Under the pieces are notes generated by a model. That model did not search any database, had not been told where the DNA came from, and saw only the letters and a program-made list of their open reading frames with translations. From Squalus acanthias (taxonomy: Eukaryota): 64,000 bases of DNA. Below, in pieces: positions 46,241 through 57,118 of the stretch. A program made the position numbers and the translations under genes. Numbering within the stretch: position 1 is the first letter of the stretch; the number at the start of each line of letters is the position of its first letter. Where the stretch lies: the NCBI GenBank assembly GCA_030390025.1, contig CM059433.1, positions 22,322,001-22,386,000 of the forward strand, in the 5' to 3' direction.

Positions 46241-49230
46241 GGGTATAGTGTGAGTGACGAGGGTATGGTGTGAGGCCCCTGGGTATAGTGTGAGTGACGG
46301 GGTATAGTGTGAGTGACGGGGTATAGTTTGAGGGACTAGGTTATAGTGTGAGGCCCCTGGGTATAGTGTGAGTGACGGGGTATAGTGTGAGGGACTAGGG
46401 TATAGTGTGAGTGACGGGGGTATAGTTGCCTGTTGGAGGGACTAGGTGACTAGGGTATAGTGTGAGTGACGGGGTATAGTGTGAGGGACTAGGGTATAGT
46501 GTGAGTGACGGGGTATAATGTGAGTGACGAGGGTAAAGTGTGAGGCCCCTGGGTATAGTGTGAGTGACGGGATATAGTGTGAGGGACTAGGGTATAGTGT
46601 GAGACCCAAGGTTATAGTGTGAGGGATCAGATTATAATGCAAGACACAAGGGTATAGTGTAAGGGACCAGGGTATAATGTGATTGGTCAGGGAGTATTGT
46701 GAGGGACCAGGATATTGTGTGTGGAGCCAGGGTATAGTGTGAGCAACCAGGGTATAATGTGAGCAACCAGGGTATAGTATGAGTGACCAGGATATAGTGT
46801 GAGACCCCAGGGTATAGTGTGAGTGACCAGGGTATAGTGTGAGTGACCATGGTATAGTGTGAGACCCCAGGGTATAGTGTGAGACCCCAGGATATAGTGT
46901 GAGGGACTACGTATTGTGTGAGGAACCAATGTATAGTGTGAGGGACTAGGGTATATTGTGAGGGACCAGTGAGTAGTGTGAGTTACCAGGGTATAGTGTG
47001 AGGGACCAGGGTATAGTGTGAGACCACTGGCTTTGGGATGAGGGATCAATTTAGAGTGTACGACCACAGGGAATAGCGTGAAACCCCAATGTGTAGTGTT
47101 AGTTCACAGGAATTAGTGTGAGACCCCAAGGTACAGTTTGAGGGACCAGGGTTTAGTGATCGGGACCAGGGTATAGTGTGAGGGTCCAGGTTATAGTGTG
47201 TGGGACCAGGGTATAGTGTGAGGGGCCAGGGTTTAGTGTGAGGTACCAGGTATAGTGTGAGGGGCCAGGATATAGTGTGAGACCCAAGGGTAAGTGTGAG
47301 AGACCAGCGTAATGTGTGTGGGACCAGGGTATAGTTTCATGGACCAGGGTATAGTGTGAGGGACCAGGGTATAGTGTGTGGGACCAGGGTATAGTGTGTG
47401 GGACCAGGGTATAGTGTGAGGGACCAGGGTATAGTGTGAGGGACCAGGGTATAGTGTGAGGGACCAGGGTATAGTTTGTGGGACCAGGGTATAGTGTGAG
47501 GGACCAGGGTATAGTGTGAGGGACCAGGGTATAGTGTGAGGGACCAGGGTATAGTGTGAGGGACCAGGGTATAGTTTGTGGGACCAGGGTATAGTGTGAG
47601 GGACCAGGGTATAGTGTGAGGGACCAGGGTATAGTGTGTGGGACCAGGGTATAGTGTGAGGGACCAGACTATAGTGTGAGGGACCAGGGTATAGTGTGAG
47701 GGACCAGTGTATAGTGTGAGAGACAAGGGTATAGTGTGAGGGACCAGGGTGTAGTGTGAGAGACCAGGGTATAGTGTGTGGGACCAGGGTATATTGTGTG
47801 GGACCAGGCTGTAGGGTGTGGGACCAGGGTATAGTGTGAGGGACCAGGGTATAGTGTGAGGGACCAGGGTATAGTGTGTGGGACCAGGGTATAGTGTGTG
47901 GGACCAGAGTATAGTGTGAGGGACCAGAGTATAGTGTGTGGGACCAGGGTATAATGTGTGGGACCAGGGTATAGTGTGAGGGACCAGGGTATAGTGTGAG
48001 GGACCAGGGTATAGTGTGAGGGACCAGGGTATAGTGTGAGGGACCAGGGTATAGTGTGTGGGACCAGGGTATAGTGTGAGGGACCAGGGTATAGTGTGTG
48101 GGACCAGGGTATAGTGTGTGGGACCAGAGTATAGTGTGAGGGACCAGGGTATAGTGTGAGGGACCAGGGTATAGTGTGTGGGACCAGGGTATAGTGTGAG
48201 GGACCAGGGTATAGTGTGTGGGACCAGGGTATAGTGTGTGGGACCAGAGTATAGTGTGAGGGACCAGGGTATAGTGTGTGGGACCAGGGTATAGTGTGTG
48301 GGACCAGGGTATAGTGTGTGGGACCAGGGTATAGTGTGAGGGACCAGGGTATAGTGTGTGGGACCAGAATATAGTGTGTGGGACCAGGGTATAGTGTGTG
48401 GGACCAGGGTATAGTGTGTGGGACCAGGGTATAGTGTGTGGGACCAGGGTATAGTGTGTGGGACCAGAGTATAGTGTGAGGGACCAGGGTATAGTGTGTG
48501 GGACCAGGGTATAGTGTGAGGGACCAGGGTATAGTGTGAGGGACCAGGGTATAGTGTGTGGGACCAGGGTATAGTGTGAGGGACCAGGGTATAGTGTGAG
48601 GGACCAGGGTATAATGTGTGGGACCAGGGTATAGTGTGAGGGACCAGGGTATAGTGTGTGGGACCAGGGAATAGTGTGAGGGACCAGGGTATAGTGTGAG
48701 GGACCAGGGTATAGTGTGTGGGACCAGGGTATAGTGTGTGGGACCAGGGTTTAGTGTGAGGGACCAGGGTATAGTGTGAGGGACCAGGGTATAATGTGTG
48801 GGACCAGGGAATAGTGTGAGGGACCAGGGTATAGTGTGAGGGACCAGGGTATAGTGTGTGGGACCAGGGTATAGTGTGTGGGACCAGGGTTTAGTGTTAG
48901 GGACCAGGGTATAGTGTGAGGGACCAGGGTATAGTGTGTGGGACCAGAATATAGTGTGACGGACCAGGGTATAGTGTGTGGGATCAGGGTATAGTGTGTG
49001 GGACCAGAGTATAGTGTGACGGACTAGGGTATAGTGTGTGGGACCAGGGTATAGTGTGAGGGACCAGGGTATAGTGTGAGGGATCATGGTATAGTGTGAG
49101 GGACTAGGGTATAGTGTGTGGGACCAGTGTATAGTGTGTGGGACCAGGGTATAGTGTGAGGGACCAGGGTATAGTGTGAGGGATCATGGTATAGTGTGTG
49201 GGACCAAGGTATAGTTTGAGGGCCTGGGGC

Positions 49231-52025
49231 GTGTATGAGTGTGAATGTGAATATTTGTGAGTGTGAGGCTCTGTGTGAGTGTCTTTGTGAGGGTGTGTGT
49301 GAGGGTGTGTGTGTGTGTGAGTATGTAAGGTTGTGAGTGTGTGTGTCTGTGTGTGAGGCTGTGTGTGTGGGTGTGTGTGTGTGAGGGTGTGTGTGTGTGT
49401 GTGTGTGTGAGGGTGTGAGTGTGTGAGGGTGTGTGTGAGGGTGTGTGTAAGGGTGTGTGTGTGTGAGGCTGTGTGTGAGGGCGTGTGTGAGGGTGTGTGT
49501 GAGTGTTTGTGTGTGAGGGTGTGTGTGAGTGTGTGTGTGTGAGGGTGTGTGAGGGTGTGTGTGAGGGTGTGTGTTTGTGTGTGTGTGTGTGTGTGAGGAT
49601 GTGTGTATGTGAGGATGTGTGTGTGTATGTGTGAGGATGTGTGTGAGAGTGTGTGAGGGTGTCTGTGTGTGTGTGTGTGAGGGTGTGTTTGTGTGTGTGA
49701 GTGTGTGTGTGTGAGGGTGTGTGTGAGGGTGTGTGTGTGTGAGGGTGTGTGTGTGTGTGTGTGTGAGGGTGTGTGTGAGGGTGTGTGTGAGGGTGTGTGT
49801 GTGTGTGTGAGGGTGTGTGTGAGGGTGTGTGTGAGGGTGTGTGTGTGTGAGTGTGTTTGTGTGTGTGTGTGTGAGTGTGTTTGTGTGTGTGTGTGTGAGG
49901 GTGTGTGTGAGGGTGTGTGTGAGGGTGTTTGTGAGTGTGTGCGTGTGAGGGTATGTGAGTGTGTGTGTGTGTCTGTGAGGGTGTGTGTGTGTGAGTGTGT
50001 GTGTATGTGCTTGTGTGTGAGGGTGTGTGTGAGTGTGTGCGTGTGTGTCAGTGTGTGTGTGTGTGTGGGTGTGTGAGTGTGTGTGTGTGTGTGTGAGTGT
50101 GTGTGAGGGTATGTGTGTGTGTGAGGGTGTGTGTGAGGGTGTGTGTGTGTGTGAGGGTGTGTGTGAGGGTGGGTGTGTGTGTGTGTGAGGGTGTGTGTGT
50201 GTGAGGGTGTGTGTGAGCGTGTGTGTGTGTGTGTGTGTGAGGGTGAGAGTGTGAGGGTGTGTGTGAGGATGTGTGAGTGTGTGAGGTGTGTGTGAGTGTG
50301 TGAGGGTGTGTGATTGTGTGAGTGTGTGTGTGAGGGTGTGTGTGTGTGAGGGTGTGAGTGTGTGAGTGTGTGAGTGTGTGTGTGTGAAGGTGTGTGTGTG
50401 TGTGAGGGTGTGTGTGTGTGAGGGTGTGTGTGTGTGAGGGTGTGTGTGTGTGAGGGTGTGTGTGTGAGTGTGTGTGTGAGGGTGTGTGTGAGGGTGTGTG
50501 TGTGAGGGTGTGTGTGTGAGGGTGTGTGTGTGGGTGAGTGTGAGGGTGTGTGTGTGTGAGGGTGTGTGTGAGGTGTGTGTGTGTGTGTGTGTGAGGGTGA
50601 GAGTGTGTGAGGGTGTGTGTGAGGATGTGTGAGTGTGTGAGGGTGTGTGTGAGTGTGTGAGGGTGTGTGATTGTGTGAGTGTGTGTGTGAGGGTGTGTGT
50701 GTGAGGGTGTGAGTGTGTGAGTGTGTAGAGTGTGTGTGTGTGAGGTGTGTGTGTGTGTGAGGGTGTGTGTGTGTGAGGGTGTGTGTGTGTGTGAGGGTGT
50801 GTGTGTGAGGGTGTGTGTGTGAGTGTGTGTGTGAGTGTGTGAGGTGTGTGTGGTGTGAGGGTGTGTGTGAGGGTGTGTGTGTGTGAGGGTGTGTGTGTGA
50901 GTGTGTGTGTGTGTGTGTGTGTAAGGGTGTGTGTGTGTGAGGGTGTGTGTGTGTGAGGGTGTGTGTGAGTGTGTGAGGGTGTGAGGGTGTGTGTGAGGTG
51001 TGTGTGTGTGAGTGAGTGTGTGAGGGTGTGTGTGAGGGTGTGTGTAAGGGTGTGTGTGTGTGAGGCTGTGTGTGAGGGTGTGTGTGAGTGTTTGTGTGAG
51101 TGTTTGGGTGTGAGGGTGTGTGTGAGTGTGTGTGTGTGAGGGTGTGTGAGGGTGTGTGTGAGGGTGTGTGTTTGTGTGTGTGTGTGTGAGGATGTGTGTG
51201 TGTGAGGGTGTGTGTGTGTATGTGTGAGGATGTGTGTGAGAGTGTGTGAGGGTGTCTGTGTGTGTGTGTGTGAGGGTGTGTGTGTGTGTGTGTGAGTGTG
51301 TGTGTGTGAGGGTGTGTGTGAGGGTGTGTGTGTGTGTGAGGGTGTGTGTGTGTGTGTGTGTGAGGGTGTGTGTGAGGGTGTGTGTGTGTGTGTGAGGGTG
51401 TGTGTGAGGGTGTGTGTGAGGGTGTGTGTGTGTGAGTGTGTTTGTGTGTGTGTGTGTGAGTGTGCTTGTGTGTGTGTGTGTGAGGGTGTGTGTGAGGGTG
51501 TGTGTGAGGGTGTTTGTGAGGGTGTGCGTGTGAGGGTGTGTGAGTGTGTGTGTGTGTCTGTGAGGGTGTGTGTGTGTGAGTGTGTGTGTGTGTGCTTGTG
51601 TGTGAGGGTGTGTGTGAGTGTGTGAGTGTGTGTCAGTGTGTGTGTGTGTGTGTGTGTGGGTGTGTGAGTGTGTGTGTGTGTGTGTGTGTAAGGGTGTGTG
51701 TGTGTGTGAGGGTGTGTGTGAGGGTGTGTGTGTGTGTGAGGGTGTGTGTGAGGGTGGGTGTGTGTGTGTGTGAGGGTGTGTGTGTGTGTGTGTGTGTTTG
51801 TGTGTGAGGGTGTGTGTGAGGGTGTGAGTGTGTGTCAGTGTGTGAGTGTGTGTGTGAGGGTGTGTGTGTGTGTGTGTGTGTGAGTGAGTATGTGAGTGTG
51901 TGTGTGTGTGTGTAACGGTGTGTGAGGGTGTGTGAGGGTGAGAGTCTGTGAGGGTGTGTGTGTGAGTGAGTTTGTGAGGGTGAGTGTGTGTGTGACGGTG
52001 TGTGTGTGTGAGTGAGTTTGTGAGG

Positions 52026-52060
<35 letters not shown>

Positions 52061-52115
52061 TGAGTTTGTGAGGGTGAGTGTGTGTGTGTGTGTGTGTGTG
52101 AGTGAGTTTGTGAGG

Positions 52116-52150
<35 letters not shown>

Positions 52151-52197
52151 TTTGTTTGTGAGGGTGAGTGTGTGTGTGTGTGTGTGACGGTGTGTGA
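49231..52197 (+). repeat. Complex (GT)n microsatellite punctuated by GAGG (TGAGGG motifs)
   Basis: Directly visible; the internal block at ~49480-50200 recurs at ~51100-51790. Confidence 0.95.
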
Positions 52198-53486
52198 ATA
52201 TGTTCACACACTCCCAGTCACACAGCAGCGGAACCTGCAGCGTTTGAAGAACGACTGATAGTTGCAACGACAGGATATCTGTTTATTTACAATTCATAAA
52301 TTTACAAATTTGCAAGTCATGTTGAAAAATTGATCAGTTTGATCCACCAGGTGAGCCTCCGGGCGGGTCAGACACGTTCTGACCGTTGGAGAAGTAAAGT
52401 TGAAAAGGCTGCTGCAGGTGTTCGGAGCTGCTCCTGGGGGTTGTGGAAGAAGGACTCGCAATCCATGGTATAGGAAGTGATCCTGTTGGGGAAATCTTGA
52501 ACCAACTGTCGTGAAAGGTCCCTTAGGAGGTCCATGTAGTTCCCCTTGGGCTTCCCTAGATAGTTCTCGATTAATGAGGAAGCCTCGGCCGAATCAATGA
52601 GGTGGACAACCTAGAACAGTGTTCAGCTACGTGACCTGGTGACCTCCTCACTCTTTCCGTCCTCAGCCAGTGATCTCCACATGTCACTGATGTACTTGTC
52701 CAAAGGGACAGGGTAGTTGAGGAGACAACACAACAGTTGCTGTGTTGTGTGAGCCAGAATGGCGATACTACACAGAGCTGAAAGTTTCACCTGCTCAAAA
52801 GGAATTGACTGCAATTGAAGCCTCAGCACGTCAATGATCTCCGAGGCCTGGTTCCCAAGTTCACTGCCTCGTCTATTAACGGTGGTTTGCATGAGAACAG
52901 CGGCTGCATTGGAACAGCTGGGCTGTTGGTCGGACAGTCCTTTGAAGACCATGAAGAGTAAGTTGCCCAGCTGGTCATGGGGCAAACATTTGGAAATGAC
53001 CTCTGTGATTTGAGAGCATGATTGAAAGAGGACTGAAGTGTCAGGGTTAACTAACTGTTCTCTGACTCTTTTCAGTACCTCTCACTGCTCCGTTTGAGGA
53101 ATCAGATTGATGCCTTTACACGACAAATGAGTGGCCAGGATTATATACAAAGTGTCCAGGGCCATTTGTCGAACAGGAAGCAATGGGTCTGCACATCGCT
53201 GCATCCGTCGTCCAATCAGAGTCCCCGTGTTATTTCCAGGCACTACATTACTAACATTGAGCTTCCTCCAGTAAAGTTTCAGAAACTCTAAGGTCATTTC
53301 CATGGCTCTCTCTCGTTCGTAGGGGCAAAAATTGGATCGCGACCCCTTTGGGGCGCTAACTTCGCCGGGGCGCTACTTTTAGCAGTAGCACCACTGCACT
53401 CGAAATTCGATGGTAGCGCCCCAAGCATGAGGTGGGGCGCTACTGGAAGTGCTCCCCCTCCCTCTTGGGGCGCTCCAGCCCAATAT

Positions 53487-56400
53487 TTCAGCCAATGTCC
53501 CAAAATCCTCCATCACCATCCCTGGTTATGACCTGCCCCACTGGGTAGAAATTAGGTCGCGCCCCATTTGGGGCGCAAATATCGTCCGGACGCAAATATT
53601 AGCGCCTGGCGCTAATTATCGGTACTGACAGGAAACTTCACTTTTACCGCCCCGGGAGGTGAGTGGAGCGCTAAAGCAGGCGCTGCACACCTCTCTTAAG
53701 GCGCAATGGCCGAGCAGTGAGGCGCTAACTCGGAGCGCTGGCGAAGCTCATGTAATGTCAGTCAGCAATGGAACACACACACAATGGCACGGGCCAGTTC
53801 TTAAAGGGGATGGTTAATCTTGCTTTCCATCCACATCCTGTTCATTGCTGCCTTGAATCTCGGCCTGGAGAGACTTGCACATCAAATGTGCTGGAAAGAA
53901 CAATGGAGCATACCAGGCAAAGAGCTCAGAGTGCAGCTCCCACAGTCTCTGCTAAATCGATACAAGGAATGGCAAATCAAAATGAACCTGCAAAGTGCTG
54001 CTCAGTACCCAAAACTCCTTCACACAACGTTGAATCTCTCCAGAAGTCTCTCCCTCTCTCTCTCAGAATGCATAGTTCAAAAATGCCACCAACAATAAAA
54101 GACAGGAAGAGGCCCCCTTTAAATAGCGCCCCCCCCAGCCCCACAGCGATTGATAGCGTTCCAGTCTTCTGGTCGTTGGAAGCGCCAGGCGGTAAGGCAG
54201 GGGGCGCCACTCAATTTCCGCTACGGGGCGCCACAAGGGCGTTGCACCATGGAATGACGTCACAATCTGCGCGCGCAGGTGGTCGCAGCGGTAAGTTTTA
54301 GCGCCGCCGCACAATCTCAAGTTAAGTTCTCGAGCGGCGCAAACATCGCTGCGCCCGGGCGTTAGCGGCTTTGCGCCCCATTAGCGCCCTCTTAAGGCGC
54401 TAACGGGAGGCGCAACCAAGTGAATTTTTACCCCCAGGGGTGGCGGCAAAGTGGTATACTGTCGGGAAGGAGTGGCCCTGTGAGTCCTCAACATTGACTC
54501 TGGACCCCATGAAGTCACATGGCTTCAGGTCAAGCATGGGCAAGGAAACCTCCTGCTGATTACCACCTACCACCCTCCCTCAGCTGGTGAATCAGTACTC
54601 CTCCACGTTGAACACCACTTGGAAGAAGCACTGAGAGTAGCAAGGGTACAGAATGTACTCTGGGTGGGGGACTTCAATGTCCATCACCAAGAGTGGCTCG
54701 GTAGCTCCACTACCGACCGAGCTGGCCGAGTCCTGAAGGACATAACTGCCAGTCTGGGCCTGCAATAGGGGGTGGGAGAACCAACATGAGGGAAAAACCT
54801 ACTTGACCTCGTCCTCACCAATCTACCTGTCGCAGATGCATCTGCCCATGACAGTATTGGTAGCAGTGACCACCGCACAATCATTGTGGAGACAAAGTCC
54901 CGTCTTCACACTGAGGACACCCTCCATCGTGTTGTGTGGCACTACCACCATGCTAAATGGGATAGATTCAGAACAGATCTAGCAGCTCAAAACTGGGTAT
55001 CCATGAGGCGCTGTGGGCCATCAGCAGCAGCAGAATTGTATTCCACCACAATCTGGCACCTCATGGCCAGGCATATCCCTCACTCTACCATTACCATCAA
55101 GCCAGGGGACCAACCCTGGTTCAATGAGGAGTGCAGAAGAGCATGCCAGGAGCAGCACCAGACATACCTAAAAATGAGGTGCCAACCTGGGGAAACTGCA
55201 ACACAGGACTAAAAAGGGGAAACAGCGGAAGCAGCATGCTATAGACAGGGCTAAGCGAACCCACAATCAACGGATCAGATCAAAGCTCTGCTGTCCTGCC
55301 ACATCCAGCCGTGAATGGTGGTGGACCATTAAACAATTAACAGGAGGCGGAGGCTCCTTGAATATCCCCATCCTCAATGATGGTGGAGCCCAGCACGTGA
55401 TTGCAAAAGGCAAGGCTGAAGCATTTGCAACCATCTTCAGCCAGAAGTGCCGAGTGGATGATCCATATCGGCTCCTGTTGGCTCCTATTCCTGAGGTCCC
55501 AACCATCACAGAAGCCAGTCTTCAGCCAATTCGATTCACTCCACGTGATATCAAGAAATGGCTGAGCGCACTGGATACAGCAAAAGCTATGGGCCCCGAC
55601 AACATTCCGGCTATCGTGCTGAAGACTTGTGCTCCAGAACTAGCCGCGCCTCTAGCCAAGCTGTTCCAGAACAGCTACAACACTGGCATCAATCCGACAA
55701 TGTAGAAAACTGCCCAGTTATGTCCTGTCCACAAAAAGCAGGACAAATCAAACCCGGCCAATTACCGCCCCATCAGTCTACTCTCAATCATCAGCAAAGT
55801 GATGGAAGGTGTCATCGACAGTGCTGTCAAGCGGCACTTACTCACCAATAACCTGCTCACTGATTCCCACTCGGCTCCCGACCTCATTACAGCCTTGGTC
55901 CAAACATGGACAAAGGAGCTGAATTCCAGAGGTGAGGTGAGAGTTACTACCCTTGACATCAAGGCAGAATTTGACCGAGTGCGGCATCAAGGAGCCCTAG
56001 TAAAACTGAAGTCAATGGGAATCGGGGGAAAAACTCTCCACTGGCTGGAGTCATACCTAGCACAAAGGAAGATGGTTGTGGTGGTTGAAGGTCAATCATC
56101 ACGGCCCCAGGACATTGCTGCAGGAGTTCCTCAGGGCAGTATCCTAGGCCCAACCATCTTCAGCTGCTTCATCAATGACCTTCCCTCCAACATAAGGTCA
56201 GAAATGGGGATGTTCGCTGATGATTGCACAATGTTCAGCGCCATTCACAACTCCTCAGATAATGAAGCAGTCCATGCCCGCATGCAACAAGACCTGGACG
56301 ACATTCAGGCTTGAGCTGATAAGTGGCAGGTAACATTCACGCCACAGAAGTGCCAAGCAATGACTATCGCCAACAAGCGAGAGTCTAACCACCTCCCCTT

Positions 56401-57118
56401 GACATTCAACGGTATTACCATCGCCAAATCCCCCACCATCAACATCCTGGGGGGTCACCATTGACCAGAAACTTAACTGGACCAGCCACATAAATACTGT
56501 GGCAACAAGAGCAAGTCAGAGGCTAGGTATTCTGTGACGAGTGCCTCACCTCCTGACTCCCCAAAGCCTTTCCACCATCTACAAGGCACAAGTAAGGAGT
56601 GTGATGGAATACTCTCCGCTTGCTTGGATGAGTGCAGCTCCAACAACACTCAAGAAGCTCGACACCATCCAGGACAAAGCAGCCCGCTTGATTGGCACCC
56701 CATTCACCACCTTAAACATTCACTCCCTCCACCACTGGCGCACCGTGGCTGCAGTGTTTACCATCTACAAGATGCACTGCAGCAACTCGCCAAGGCTTCT
56801 TCAGCAGCATCTCCCAAACCCGCGACCTCTTCCATCTAGAAGGACGAGGGCAGCAGGCGCATGGGAACACCACCACCTCCAAGTTCCCCTCCAAGTCACA
56901 CACCATCCTGACTTGGAAGTATATCGCCGATCCTGCATCGTCGCTGGGTCAAAATCCTGGAACTCCCTCCCTAACAGCACTGTGGGAGTACCTCACCACA
57001 CGGACTGCAGCGGTTCAAGAAGGCGGCTCACCACCACCTTCTCAAGGGCAATTAGGGATGGGCAATAAATGCTGGCCTCGCCAGCGACGCCCACATCCCA
57101 TAAAGAAATTTTAAAAAA
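53487..57118 (+). mobile_element. 5'-truncated second copy of the 12418-15635 LINE family
   Basis: Collinear homology from TTCAGCCAATGTCCC to the CCCACATCCCAT tail; RT motif FADDC; flanks CAATAT/CTATAT. Confidence 0.92.
53542..54434. mobile_element. Non-autonomous Harbinger (893 bp) inserted in the LINE
   Basis: Ends TGGGTAGAAATT / AATTTTTACCCC, as in 7104-11413; core homologous to 651-1544 and 1717-2609. Confidence 0.9.

Larger units (their letters stand above)
29666..49225 (+). repeat. ~19.5-kb 19/20-bp satellite with core GGGTATAGTGTG
   Basis: Variants ..AGTGATG, ..AGTGACG(A), ..AGGCCCCT, ..ATTGACG and ..(A/T)GGGACCA, arranged in blocks. Confidence 0.97.

Noticed and set aside
29666..49225. 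CRISPR-like array (constant core plus variable linker)
   Set aside because: Linkers are only 7-8 nt and reused hundreds of times; no cas genes; vertebrate context.
49231..52197. Interstitial telomere
   Set aside because: No tandem TTAGGG; TGAGGG words are separated by GT runs.
29692..52267. Long His/Thr/Pro- or Cys/Val-rich ORFs (up to 1167 aa)
   Set aside because: They arise from stop-poor tandem repeats and are open in several overlapping frames.
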